DNA of 62,067 bases, filler included, from Perkinsus olseni (taxonomy: Eukaryota), in the NCBI GenBank assembly GCA_013115125.1. It is 8 parts of 8 records of this genome, joined end to end, with 100 filler letters (N's around TTAATTAATTAA, not from the genome) between each part and the next. Parts side by side here need not be neighbours in the genome. Positions count along the whole stretch, not along the records: positions 7,816 to 15,525 come from JABANN010001009.1; positions 15,626 to 23,315 come from JABANN010001010.1; positions 23,416 to 31,093 come from JABANN010001011.1; 5 more parts are not named here. One strand, 5' to 3'. Position 1 is the stretch's first letter; each line of letters opens with the position of its first letter. The position numbers and the translations under genes were made by a program. The notes under the pieces were generated by a model. The model was not told where the DNA came from. It worked only from the letters and a program-made list of their open reading frames with translations, and searched no databases. Below, in pieces: positions 12,650 through 26,400 of the stretch.

Positions 12650-13210
12650 GGCTCGAGACGTATTACATCGGCTTTGAGGGTCCTCCACAAGCAATCTACG
12701 AGGAGCGGGAACCACGCGTCGTTGGCGGCGTACTAAATTTGTTCGGAGCTCAAGCGGGGTTGACTCCAGTCACTGGAGTCCAGTCACAGAGAAGCTCTGA
12801 GCGTCAAGCAGCTTGACGCTCAGAGCTTCTCTGCCATTCAAAGGAATCACAAGTGTGATTGCTGTTAAGACAACTCTCTATAGAAGCTTTAGATCGATTC
12901 TTGATTTTGAAGCATTATATCCTAACTCTCAAGCCGCTTCTTGTTATGATCGCTGTACCGCGGACCTACAACTGGACTGACTTTGTTGATTTGAGACTTC
13001 GCCAGGGCTGAGAACGGTATCCTCAGCGTTGTCTCTCCAGCGTTTCGTCCTTCAGTGAGGGTCCCTCACATAATTGCCGGTATACAATGTATACTATACA
13101 TGAGGCTTATCTATTTTCACCTTCCTGCTGACGGTTGTGTTGAAGTCAACTGAACCAGCCACGCGGGCCTGGCATAATCGAAGGAGGTGTCCGACACCTG
13201 GTGTCGAGAG
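12650..13210 (-). pseudogene. Decayed DEDDy 3'-5' exonuclease (WRN/EXD-like, DNA_pol_A_exo1 family)
   Basis: VSDTSFDYARPAWLVQLTS (ExoI-like, ~13140-13205) and SDWSQPRLSSEQI*YAANDAW (ExoIII-like, ~12712-12774) with an in-frame TAG; the intervening part has stops, frameshifts and palindromic insertions. Confidence 0.7.
12762..12833. repeat. Adjacent 9+1+9 and 23+1+23 perfect palindromes
   Basis: GACTCCAGT-C-ACTGGAGTC (12762-12780) and CAGAGAAGCTCTGAGCGTCAAGC-A-GCTTGACGCTCAGAGCTTCTCTG (12787-12833). Confidence 0.95.
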
Positions 13211-15625
13211 TGATAATGATCTGCCAGCACTTTTTAAGCGGTAGATTATGTTCACTGTCGAAGTTGTGGTGTTAACTCGCCCCAACCAATAGAGGTAGCG
13301 CTTGAACCAGTCACCGTTCCTGACTCATGTGGCGTCGTCTCACCGGCCGGCCCACCCCACACGGTAGATCCCTCCTGTTCTACTCTACTAGCAGCGGGCT
13401 CAACGAGCGCGACAATTGCCGTTCTTCCGCGATCTCCCATTTCTTCTCTAGCTTGGAAGTACAGTTACGATTCTCCGATTGGTCCGAAAGCGGTCGATGT
13501 CAAGTGGCAACCTTGAGACCATCATCAAGGGGCTTAACAGTGTAGCAGTCGAGGAGAAAGCCGATGCTCGGCCGCTCGTAGTCTGTTGATGGGTTCTCGC
13601 TAATGGATCCACGCCGATGTATCCCTATCGCTGAAATGGCTCTACGAGAGCGTTGTGTCTTGGTTATGGCTCATCATGAGCGGCTCATGGCCAACGTAAG
13701 GTGAACAGCAGTCAGTATAGTGTTGCCCTAAAGTCTTTCTCGAGTAGGGCAAGCTGCGCGGGCATGCATGGGAAGGGTGGTGAGCAAGGCTCTCCTCTTT
13801 CTTGTGAACTATTCACACCCTCAAAGGCAGGCAACAAAGCAGTAGGTTATCGGTCTCACCAATGTGCTGTTGAGTTCACCCTAAGTAACGTGCTGGGATG
13901 GTGAGACTATCTGCGGATTGTGCTGAGAGGATGAAAGGCTGAAATGATGACTGATGATCCTGCTGAGGTTAATCCAACAGGGTGTCACTGACGGTGAAAC
14001 CGGAACGAAAGGGAACAAGATTTGTGTGCAACTTGCAAGGCTTGCACAGTGCAAGCGGCATTGGCTAGACTCTAGCCGCTAGAGCGCTAGCCAGGACGGA
14101 TGCAGCCTCTCGTAAGTTGCGAGTCGTAACACTGATCGTCGTCTAGTTTTAACATCTTGGTACAGTGGTATACCGTTCTCGGCGAAAGGGAGGCGGTTCT
14201 TCGAAACGCACAAACCGAAGCCACCTTTCGTCTATCAGCTTGGCATCATGCTTCCGTGGTAACGATTTGAGCGGCTCTGCAGCCTCTGTGCGAGCCGACC
14301 AATCCCGCCCAGCCCGCCAACCGCGCCTACGGGCCTGGATCCACCCGAATATTGGGGTTTAGGCCCTTGTAATGCTTGAAATGTGTCATCGCAGTCGGAT
14401 CAAGCGTCTCCGTCCCACTTATGCCCTACTCATCAGCACCTGTAGTTGAGCGTCTTCGTCTCACCTACAGACATTGCGTTCGAACGCAATCGCTATGTGT
14501 AGTTGTGCAAGCGCACAACTATGGAACCTAAGCTTAGCCGACGCTAGTAGATGATCCTAATACTGTAGTTCAAGTATAGAAGACAGAATCTCAGGATTCC
14601 ACTAAACCATTGACTTGAGTTCCTTAATGGTTAACACTATGCCGTGGTGAGGAGTATCTTGATTGCATGGGATCGACCCCAACAGTTTCAGGGCATTGAA
14701 GACAGGTGGCAGAAGTACTTCTTCTATCAATGGTAGCCTCGCGAAGATCCGATGATACCAAACCAAACGAGTCCTCGAATAAGCGGCATGTTATAGAGCT
14801 CCTCAGTATGGTTGGAACTAAACCCGCTTTGAATTGGGCTGGGCTACAACCTGCAGGAGGAGCACGCCGAGAATACGACGCTGACGCACGGTGAGTGCGG
14901 CGGTCGCACTCGAGGTTAAAGTATCGATAACAGGTCCTTCGTGTTGTCACTGGCGCCCAAAAGGGACTCGGGGAAGAAGCCAGTGGTGTCCTATCCCCCG
15001 AAAGCAAGCCGTGCCGTCCCGGCCCAGGAGGCCTCGGCGCAGTCGATGGGAATACTCCTGCCATCAACCCTGCCCGTCGTGCTCATACAAGTAGGTCACC
15101 TACTTGGCCACCTACTATGAGTGGTGCACAAATTGCACAGCTCATTCTTCGGGTGGATGTTTTCTTTGCCTAGCTCCGTCCGCTCCTCGAGCACGTCGCC
15201 AAAGACTGTAAAGATTCACCGGTTCCAGCTAACCACCATCCAATCACGATTTCGATGACCGTAACCCTAGCCACCAGAAGAAGGTGAGCCCATCAGCTCG
15301 ACCTCTATGAAGTTCGTAGTATGAACGTGATACCGTCTCTTGGTGATCAACTCGCTGCGGGAAGGACCTTTAACCTGGTTGATAAGTAAACGTAACGCTC
15401 ATCCTGATTATGCAGGTTCAGCGTAACCTGCAGCACAGCGTTCCGTGAGAAAGCGGTCAACGGCCAGCGGAATAGAGCTGCGAGCGCCAACCTCACGAGC
15501 GTCCAGTAATTATCTACTTTTGCTGNNNNNNNNNNNNNNNNNNNNNNNNNNNNNNNNNNNNNNNNNNNNTTAATTAATTAANNNNNNNNNNNNNNNNNNN
15601 NNNNNNNNNNNNNNNNNNNNNNNNN

Positions 15626-15695
<70 letters not shown>
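15626..15695 (+). repeat. (AGT)n microsatellite at contig start, followed by short (CAG)n
   Basis: About 23 perfect AGT units running into the contig end. Confidence 0.95.
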
Positions 15696-15696
<1 letters not shown>

Positions 15697-16490
15697 CTGT
15701 ACCATACAAACAGAGGCAGCAGCAGCAGCAGCAGCTCCCTACGACCCGACAAACGTTCATCCAGGTGGTGTTGTTGTCAGGGAAGATGTGACGAAGGCGA
15801 TATCGGAGTTGTCCGTATTGGGCGCAGGAGGTGTTAGTATCGTATGGGGAGAGAGGGGCAAGTAATAGGTATACCCCAACAACGATGGTGGTGCCCTGAT
15901 GATCCTCACCTGGATTCTTCTCTAGGACCTTCATCAGCTCAGTCCCAGACGCCTTCAATGCTGATCAAACCTCAGCTATCAGCCTTATAGTGTCCCAGGG
16001 AGGTCACATATCCCTCACTGAGTAATAATGGACCTACGATCTACACGTATCCTACGGTCACTGTGGGGACGTATCTTCAGGTTAGCACGGCAGCTCGACT
16101 GGACGGCTGAGCGTACTGACAATGCGTCCTCCTCACTATTACGGGAAGGTCTAGTATGGCTGGATGTAGACCCTAGCACTCAGGAGAGGTATCTGTACAC
16201 CCTCCATGTGTGATGCCAACAACTGTGTTTTTTATCAAGTGCTTGTAGCCTAAGCCCACAATCTGCTATTCCGTTCGCCATGCGTTGCGTCATTAATTCT
16301 TGGGCGTGACCAGATTTAAGAGGTTCCCTTCCGTACTCTGGTGGTTTATGGGCGTTACAGGGTGTAGGGTTGTGCAATAAAGCCATTGTGAGCAGCACTC
16401 GATGTCTTCTATTATGCAGCTGATTGGTAACATTGAAGCACTCTTGACCTTCTTGATATCCCTTTTGGCAATCACTACCGTACCCTCACC

Positions 16491-18703
16491 ATGAACGGAG
16501 TCGATACATCTGTAGAACCATTGCTCCCGCGTATCGACAGAGAGGAAGTTAAGCTCAGATCATGCATCACTAACCTGGCAGTTATCGCGGCCCCACAGGT
16601 GGGTTTTCACCTGTTCCATCTACCAATCCTCCTCGGTTACGTGTTGATTCCCCTATCAGATTATATCGATGGTCTTGAACTATATACCGCAGACCATTAA
16701 CGTCTTTTTCATCAGCAGACTGGGGGATGCCGACATGTTAGCTGCTGTTGGCTTGGCTAATCTAGTGAGCTGCCGGTTGCTCATAACGTTCTCACTCTCT
16801 GCTATATCTACTAGGTTTTCAACATCGGGGGAGTGTCCTTTGGGTACGGCATCAATCAGGCTATAGAGACACTAGTATCACAGAGTACTGAGACGGAGCT
16901 ACTGCCTTTGCCGTACGCATCACCGACAGGTCGTGGACATGGCGGCCATCAACTAGCTTCTGTGCATATGGCCAAGGGAATGTGCATAGGCCTCCTCCTA
17001 TCAGTAGTACCAGCAGGTGGCTATCCATGATGGACGTCGTGATCCCCTAATTAGACCATTCTATTCATCGTGCTACAATTCACTGAGGTGGCACTCAACT
17101 TCCTCGGTCAAGACCCCGTGGTGGCCAAGCATGCTATGGATTACGTCAGTGCTGCTGCTGTTATCAGCATCACCAGTAAATATCTTCACCATCATCAGGT
17201 TAATAGTGCAAGTATTGGCATCTGGCCAGCTATACAATATGACTGTATTATGAGGTTCTTATTATGTTATCATCATCCACATATATGTACCTGGATATAT
17301 GCTATAACATCAGGCCTGCATGTACGCTATCACTGCTGCCATCGACATCGAGCTCTCTGGTGCAGGTACTCTGGTGTTACCTGCTGGTCACCCCTTCTTC
17401 TGGCCTCGCTGGGGCTGGTGTTGCCATGGCCCTCACCTTTGTGGGGTGCTGGGTACTGGGCATACTGTAGGACTGATGGCATCTTCCCTCATCTATTATC
17501 AGCTGATGTTGTGTAGGTATTTTGCATTTGCTATGATTAATCCCTCTATTACAGCCATACCTCGAGATGCTCTCCCAAGATTCACGCGGGCTATGTTCCG
17601 GGGGTGGTGGGAGTATCTTAAAATTGGTATACCATCTATGATAACCCTATGCTCTGAATGGTGGGCTTATGAGATCTGCACGCTGGTCAGGCTTCCTTGT
17701 CTCCCCGGGCCTGTCACTTCGCATACTCCTTCAGATTGTGGGCCTCCTCCAAGACTCGGCACAACTCGCAGCCCATGTTTCCGTCTGTAACGTATCGGTT
17801 TTGGTAAGATGGTGATGGTGGGCACCGTCACAGTTGTTATGCTGGAATTCCCTGCCAGATGTTCATGATGAGCTACGGTTTACAGACCGGCTTGAGTGCC
17901 AAGATTGGTGCAGCGGTTGGCTCAGGCAACTTGCATCTGGCGCGAACGTGAGCTCTTTGTCCTTTGAGTCACCATCCTCAGCTCCCTACCTCCGTGTTTG
18001 GTGCCCTTCAGGTATTGCAAGGCCGCCGCCATCATGGGAGGTGGTATGCTCATCGTTATCGAATTTATCCTCATAACCTTTAAGATGAGTATCGTCAATT
18101 TCTACTCAGCCCCTGAGCCTGAGGTCATGGTCATCCTGCAGCACCATCATCACCGGCAACATCACCTCTGTCCTAGGTCTCCGTGTACCTTGCAACCCTC
18201 CTAGTCCCGTACCTCGGCATACAGGAGGTGTTTGACTTCGCCCAAGCATGCATGCAAGGAGTCTTCAAGGGTTTAGGTGAGCATCAGCCGCCCAGCGTCA
18301 TTGCCGTCGCCGGATAACTATCCGATGACAGTCATTATCTATTACCAGCAGGTATCCAGCGCTATGCGGCAATAGTCAATCTTTGTTCCTATTACCTCTG
18401 CATGCTACCCTTGGGTTACCTTTTTTGTGTAAGTGCTCTCTTTGGCTCCCACCTGCTGCCGGCCACCCACTGTTAGCATCCCATCTTCTCTCGCCTCGCT
18501 TCAGATACATCTTGACCTTGGAGTATTCGGTGTGTGGACGGCGTTCATAGTCAGTGTTGCAGCTGTAGCGTCCTCTTATTCCATCATCCTTAAACGTATT
18601 GTCTGACCTCAGCATAGTGCCACCCACGGAAGCACATCATTCAGGTACAAACTGGTCGAAGCACATGGAAGTAGCCCATGTTAGAATCAAGAGAGCACTG
18701 TGA
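16491..18703 (+). CDS. MATE-family (multidrug and toxic compound extrusion) transporter, copy 1, multi-exon
   Basis: FFISRLGDADMLAAVGLANL; GVSFGYGINQAIETLVSQ; RGWWEYLKIGIPSMITLCSEWWAYEI; GLSAKIGAAVGSG; ends ...TNWSKHMEVAHVRIKRAL-TGA; short GT-AG introns. Confidence 0.92.
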
Positions 18704-19372
18704 ATATCTAATCTGATACTCGTCGGAATAAGCTTCATTAGCTATTCCGACGTTAAATCTGAGGTGGCCTTGAATGCGGCTTTGCATGTGCTTGTGAGGA
18801 ATCGATTATTGATGTTTCCGACCATCGTTATCATTGAGGTTGCGCTTTGTATGGATTGTCTTTTAGTTGTTTCCTGTGTCCTGTGATATCGCGTTCAAAT
18901 CATCGTGGTGAGGTGCATGGAGTCTGACCAACATGAGCCATTCATCAAACGCGAGGGACCGGAGGTCAGCGCTGTAAATAGGTTACGGGGAAGCCGGAAA
19001 TACAAACTATGATGATAATGGCGGCGGCCAGCAAGACACGCCACAGAACTAGCCCAGGTCAAATGTTCTGAGTGCATCACAATCCTACGTCAAGGGTCGT
19101 TGGAAGAAAGCGCAACAAATCCGCGATCGAGCCCATCGTGTTGAAGCCGTTCATGGCACTCAAAAGGATAATCAGATACCCTTCATGCTGCACTGCCGAG
19201 TTGACGGAGCATGCAATCGAATTACAGGAGCACAGAAGGCCGACCTGGACTCGAGTTCTATCTCCAGCTCGGCTATGCGGCAGCCTTGTTCCAGAAATGC
19301 CCCTGATCAGACTTGGGGACGCGGCTAGATACTCTCATCCATACAGTTTGTGATTTACGTTATTACCATATT

Positions 19373-21725
19373 ATGAATTCAGAGCTACACCAGCCATTAT
19401 TCTTTCCCTCGACCGGCGGTGCCTCGAAACCACCGCAACTCACTGATTGCATGAAGGGTCTGGCAAGCATTGGAGGACCTCAGGTACCGTACATACCACT
19501 ACGGCATCTGCTTCTTCGAGCTATCCCCTATCCCACTGTAGGTTATCTCTATGGTGCTCAACTACATACCTCAAACTATCAACGTCTATTTTATAAGTAG
19601 ACTTGGTGACGCTGATATGCTGGCAGGCATCGGCTTGGCCAATCTGGTGAGCCGTAATAGAGATGCCTGTCGCGATCATCGTGATCGTTGGTAGGTGTTC
19701 AATATTGGTGGTGTGTCCTGTGGATACGGGATGAACCAGGCCATTGAGACGCTAGTTTCGCAGAGTCAGTCCATCCTTGTTTTTGGATTCGATTCCGCAT
19801 CTCAGGTCGAGGCCAGGGCGATCACAAACTAGCATCAACCAGTATGGCCCGGGGCATGATCATTGCGATGGCCATGTCGGTGAGTATCGACCTCTGCTGT
19901 TCGTCTCCATTTATTCCCTATTCGTCAGACAGTGCTCTTTGGACTACTGCAATTGACGGAAGTTCTGCTCACTCTATTAGGCCAAGACCCTGTTATTGCC
20001 AATCATGCCATGAGATACGTAGGTATCAGGCCTCAGAGATCTACCTCTCGTTGTCCTTACCCTGTGTTTGTATGTTGATCATTATTATCAGGTTAACAGT
20101 GCAAGTATTGGTATCTGGCCAGCTATACAATATGACTGTATTATGAGATTCCTATTATGTTACCATCATCCCCATGTATGTACCTGGATATATGCTATAA
20201 CGTCAGGCCTGCATGTACGCATGGGGTATCGGTCAGAGAGCCTGAAATTAACGATACCCTGGCTGTCTGGTCCTGAGCATTCCTATCGATATCTACTTCA
20301 GGTATTCTGGTGTTACGTTTTGGTGAACCCTGTGTCAGGGTTGGCCGGGGCAGGCAGCGCGATGGCTCTTACCTATACAACTTGCTGGGTACTGGGCATA
20401 CTGTAGGACTGATGGCATCTTCCCTCATCTATTATCAGCTAATGTTGTGTAGGTATTTTGTATTTGCTATGATTAATCCCTCCATTACAGCCATACCTCG
20501 AGACGCTCTCCCAAGATTCACGCGGGCTATGTTCCGGGGATGGTGGGAGTATCTTAAAATTGGTATACCATCTATGATAACCCTATGCTCTGAATGGTGG
20601 GCTTATGAGATTGCAACTTTGGTAGGATCTCCACATGCAGCCTGGACCCCGCACAAGTTTCTTAGATCGTCGGCCTCCTCCACGACTCGAGTCAGCTCGC
20701 AGCTCACGTGTCGATCTGCAACCTCTTCGTCGTTGTAAGCCACCATCTACGAAAGCTTCTCTCGGGCCGACCATCGATCGCCTTCGCTACATTACAGATA
20801 TTCATGTTGAGCTACGGTCTCCAGACTGGACTCAGCGCTAAGGTTGGCAGCGCAGTAGGGGCTGGCGAGCTACATTTAGCAAAGCTGTAAGCGCGGATCC
20901 GACCCGCCGCCGACCATGAGAGTTCTCCGTCGCTTCATGATAATTCTCGATACTTTCATATCAGTTACTGCAAGGCAGGCATTGTTATTGGTGGTTCTAT
21001 GATCGCCATCGTGATTCTCCTGCTATGCATCTTCAGGGGCTCAATCGTTAGGCTTTATGCCGAGAAGGAACCTGAGGTAATGCTAATGGCATACTCTACT
21101 GAATACACATTTGATAGGTCGCGGTCTACGAGTTATACTTGGTTCGTCCTCTACTTTGTATTATTCTACCGTTTGACTTCGCCCAGAGCTGCATGCAGGG
21201 CGTGTTCAAGGGTTTAGGTGAGCCCACATAGTAGCTTCTAAGTCCACAATACTCTACCTGTACCAAGGTATACAGCGGTATGCTGCCCCGGTGAATATCT
21301 TCTCTTATTATATTCTCATGTTGCCGCTGGGATACTTTTTATCAGTAAGAGAAACGCTCATACTTCCGCGACATCTCAATTCGCCATGCGTTGCCGAGAC
21401 GCCATCACGAGTTTTCACTGATAACAGACGTGGCGCTGACTGAGATAGCGGGAGGATCTCATCCACATCATGTGGACTAAATGAGGAGATCAGTTTATCC
21501 TGTACATCGATCGCTTGTTGTAGGTTGATGTAGGGCTCGGTGTTGATGGTATGTGGCTCGGCTTTGCAGCTGGTGCATCAGTCATTGCTGCATCGTACAC
21601 GGCGATCCTTGCATGTGAGTTTGTAGGCAAGTCGTTCGAACTCACATGTTTCGACAAGTACAGGTACTAATTGGTCGAAACACGTTGCGGATGCGCAACT
21701 CCGCATTGGAGAAGGTTTCCGGTAG
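19373..21725 (+). CDS. MATE-family transporter, copy 2 (tandem paralog), multi-exon
   Basis: MNSELHQPLF...; same motifs and intron positions as copy 1; ends ...TNWSKHVADAQLRIGEGFR-TAG. Confidence 0.92.
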
Positions 21726-22549
21726 CGAATGCTGAAGGGCCGAAAGGTTTTTACTTTGAATGGATCAGAATAAACGTTTGAAGTGATGTTTGTGGTATTT
21801 GAGCATCGAGTTGTGAAGTAAACTACCGCGAATTCCTATTACCCAGAGATCTCTCCCATAGGCCAGCGCGCCACGCTCTCGACAACCCGAGCTACGACGA
21901 TAAATAACTTCCCTGAGATCACAACTTGGTGAAACAAGAACGAGGTTCTTGTTTAAGAACTGTTCTGTTCCCGATGCTGTCAGGATCGGGGATGGTCAGA
22001 CCGGAACTTTTGCTCATGCTAGCAGATAGATAGAAGCCAGGTGGCCTCGGAGGAGAGGGCTCAGGGGTAGTGACTCAGTGTCAGATGGAAGGGATGGGAG
22101 GGAAACGCTCAGGAGCTCGCTAGCATCACATGGTCGGGTGCGCCTGCATCAATCACTCTGCATGGACTAGCTATTCGAGAGCCTCAATCAGCGAACAGCG
22201 AGCCAAAATGACTCCGGGCCGATATTCCCACTCCAATTTCGACCCTGGCCACCTGCACCTGTGTTGGAGGCTCCGGCACGATCTGGCGACGCGGCGGTCT
22301 CGCAGCCCAGTTATGCCCTGGCGGGCAAGGCGGGCCGCGGTTGCGGGTATGTGGCTAGGCTTGTCACTGGGCCAGTGACACTGGCTAGCGGTGCCTGGCT
22401 AGCAGAGGCTTGTTGAGGCTCATGACTGAGCTGCTGAGGTGACCCAAGCTGTACAGGTATGGTCGAGTCTCTCTGAGTAATAGGAGCCATCATGAGTCTA
22501 GTCATGATGTGGTCCCCATCATGAAGGCAATGATGATTGGTATTATCTG

Positions 22550-23315
22550 AGAAGTAATGTATAGTGGGGACAGTCGAGATCTGACTACGTCGTACGATGA
22601 GCTAATCCTGGTAGAACTGCCATTAGTACTACTCTACACCAAAATCTATACAACACAAGAGTGTGGGTCGCGGAGACACGGATGATCGTGAATATGAACC
22701 CGAGCCACATGATATGGTCAAGCATGCAAGTAGAATGAATTAGGACTACGACACGTCGGGTTTATGATCGGAGTAAGTTGAGCAAGGTTGTCATCTAGCT
22801 ATCAGGAGGAGGCGAGATATCTGAGTATGACACAACCGATGTTTGGTACCATCTACCCTGCTGTTGCTACCGGATGATGATACAACAATCTCTCCTCCTT
22901 CTACTGGCATGGCTATCGCTTTGGACTGCTGCTTCGCAGTGGTACTTCTCCAAGCGGGCTTATAAGTCCATCCTGATGGTAACCCAGTCATCCCCAATTT
23001 CTCCTGAGTCTTCCAGCCCTGATAAGCGGTGTACTGCCGGATGGCCGATCGAAGAAGCTCACATCAGCATTCTTCTCAAGTTGCTCTTTTATCAGATCTG
23101 TCCGGTTATGGGCGTCAATTTTAGTGAGGATATCAATGAAGGGCTGAGGGGCATTACTAACCGACTGCTGCTGTGATCATACTCCTACCCTAACTAGATA
23201 GTCGATGAAGCCCAATTGTGACTGAGGTAGATTGACTTTCTCCCTATCACAAAGTGGTGATATTGGAACTACAAGACGACGATTGGCGATGCGAGGAGAT
23301 GATATGATGAGCACC
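22550..23315 (-). CDS. Ankyrin-repeat protein fragment, 5' end probably beyond the contig edge
   Basis: DLIKEQLEKNADVSFFDRPSGSTPLIRA(ARL) at ~22950-23100 fits the ankyrin consensus; a second SPLYITSQ motif lies near 22550-22575. Confidence 0.5.
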
Positions 23316-23444
23316 NNNNNNNNNNNNNNNNNNNNNNNNNNNNNNNNNNNNNNNNNNNNTTAATTAATTAANNNNNNNNNNNNNNNNNNNNNNNNNNNNN
23401 NNNNNNNNNNNNNNNTAGATGTGCCTCCTAATAGGAGGAGAGAT

Positions 23445-26400
23445 ATGCCTTCTCGCACTTCCACTGGAATTGTTTCTACTACTAGCTTGAAGTCGGTGGT
23501 AGAGGTGAATCCTAAGAAGGCGAAGGTTCGAGCTAATATGGGTTATGTGGCACCTACCTATGATTATGTTCAGTCCTTTTGGTTGTTACCGCCTGAGTGG
23601 CAACGTGACCGCCCAGCAGGCCTTGAGCAAGCCGGCAGTGATGTATCTTTATCTGCTATCCAGCTGGCCTTCGTGAAGAACAGGGTTAAGATGAGCGCTA
23701 ACAAGCTGGTCAACCATGTTCGGAAGCTCAAGGATGGGTGTTATACTGGTCCTCATGACAAGCGGTCTTGGCATGTAGTTCAACGAGAGATCATTGAGAA
23801 TCTTAATCGTACCTGTATCGAGATTCCGAGGGTGCATTCTCTCTATCTAGTTGACTGCCTAGATGCCGAGCAAAGCAAGCTGGTTATGCGTAAGCTTGGT
23901 CCTGCTAACTTCAAGACTGCCGATGACGTTGAGTTGTTGGCCACCTTATGGAGTCTGTTCGACGAGCTCTTCCGTTCGGAGTCCGCACCGGAAACCGAAA
24001 GTGATAGGCTGCAGTCGGCCAAGAAGTCCCAGAGTGAGTCCTTGTCGGATTATCTACAACGACTTCAAGGTCTCATCTACAATGTAGAGATGGAGACTGG
24101 ACAGACTATGGTGGAGTCTACTCGCATTGCGAGACTATATGGTAGTCTACCAAGGGTGGATGTCCAATTTCTTCGCAAGGAGTTCTCTAGGGACCTGACC
24201 TTTGACCAACTTGTCACTAGGGTGGGTGAGTATTTCAAGAACCCGCTCGACCGTGAGTCCTATGAAGTGTTTGTACGTCAGTATAAGATGAGTTCTTCGT
24301 CCTCTTCAACGCCTGAGAAGACCGGTGGATTCTCTCATGTGGACCTCAAGGCCGTTGAACCTGAAGAAGATGGTGCACAGAGACCGACTGAGGATGTGAC
24401 AGCTACTACTGGTGGTTCTCGTAAGACCAAGAAGAAGAAGAAGATGAAGTCCAAGCACGGCAAAGGTGAAGAATCCGTACAGGCTGTTGCGACGATCTGT
24501 ACTAGATGTAATGTGGCGGGTCATTCGGCTGCGTATTGTCGTAGCGATGCTGCTGACATTGTCAAAAACCGTTGCTATGTGTGCAGTGATAAGTCACATC
24601 GTGCTAACCAATGCCCCAAGGACAAGTCCGTTGTCTATTGTGAGCGGTGTTCTCTCAAAGGGCATGTTGCCGGCGTATGTCGGCTTCCTTGGTCCCTTAT
24701 ACCTGCTGTAAAGACGGCGACAAACTCTACAACCAGGAGTGGTCCTGGACAACCTCCTCAACCATCTGGTGATTTTTCGACTAAGATCGGTTACAAGGTT
24801 GAAGGTGATGCTTCGCAACCTTCTGCTGGTCAACCTGCTAATCAGCCAACTGCGGCTGCGGTGAGGTGGGAAGACTGCGAGACCCAGTCTATTGCTAAAT
24901 TAGACTTGAGCAAGGGTCTCTTGTATGCCTGTGTTAGGGTCTATAGTAAGACTCGAGAGCCTGTAGTACTGCAAGGCTTGCTGGACACGGGTGCGTCTAT
25001 AAGTTTTATTGACTCCAAGTTAGCCTCGGAATTGGAGGCTAAAGGTGCTGGTATAGTTGAGAAGCTGGGTAAGCCCTTCGCTTGTAAGCTTGCGGAGAGT
25101 AGTGTCCGCTATGTTGACTCCGTATGGAAGTGCAGCATAGAGCAGAAGGTCCGTGATGGTTCATCAGGATGGACACCGGTTCAGTTTTTCTTGATGCCTA
25201 ATATCCAGCACCCCGGTGCCATTATTGGTAGGGACTTGTTTGAGACTTTCGGTTACTGCGTGGGTAAACTTACGTCGTGCAGTAGCTCAACGTTATGCCT
25301 CATGGAAGCTGATCCCTTTCTAGCCTCTGTAGGCCCTCGTGACCAAGATTCTTCGAGAAGGTTGGTGGTTTCTTGTGATCATGTCAAGAAAGATGACTGC
25401 TCTACGACCGTGGGTCAGTGTGCCGCCGTTAAGGAGGTGGACTATAAGACCTATGAAGGTCGCATGGCTACGTTAGAGTGGAAGAGTGCGTCTCGTCCAC
25501 CTCGCTCCTACGGAGCTGCTGTTAAGCGAGCTCAACGGTTGGAGCACTCCCTGCGTAAGAGGGGAGGCCAAGCCATGGTTGACAAGTATACTGAGCAGTT
25601 TGAGGGTTGGTTACAGAGTGGGTTTATTCGTAAGGTTGATGACTCGGTGGTTCTTCACTATCTCTTTCACCATCCGGTGATAAGAGAAGGTCATGCTACG
25701 ACGCCTATAAGGCCGGTCATCAATGGTCAGAGCTTAGACCCCTACCTTCGAGAGACTGAGTGCGACCTCATGCATATCACTGATATTATTACGCAGTGGC
25801 GGCAGAGTGATCACTGGGTGAGTACGGACCTCTCTAAGGCCTTTCTTAGGATCCAGATGGCAGCGGCTTCGCAGCCGTTCCTCGGTATATATTGGGGGAA
25901 GAGCTCATACGTCTTCTGCGTCTTGCCATTTGGCCTAGGTATGTCTCCATCGTGGTTAACGGCGAACGTCCGTGAGGTTCTGCGTCGGTTATCATCCGAG
26001 GGTGAGTTCATCGGCAAAGTCTTGCCATACATGGACGACTTGTTGCTCTTGGTGAAGGACGGTGATCAGATCCATACTCAACAGCGGTTGTTGGTGCAAC
26101 GATGTGAGGCCGACGGTTTCCCAATTGCCATCTCTAAGGAGGTTTGGTGCACTCAGCCAGAACATGCCACTATACTCGGTGTACACTGGCATGGTAGCAC
26201 ACATGATACTATTGGGGTGTCTTTCAAGTGTCCTACTCCGACTCCTTCGACGCGCCGTGAGCTACTGAGTGTCACCAATGCTCTCTACGACCCCCTCGGA
26301 CTTATGATCGAGTGGGACATGGCTGGTCGGTTACTGATGCGAGCTGCTGCGACCTTTGACTGGGACACTCCTCTTCCGAGTGACCTCCAGGAAAAGGCTC

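Noticed and set aside
15578-15752. Poly-Thr/poly-Tyr ORFs
   Set aside because: Translations of the AGT microsatellite running into Ns; a small minus-strand gene at 15700-16450 is possible but unsupported.
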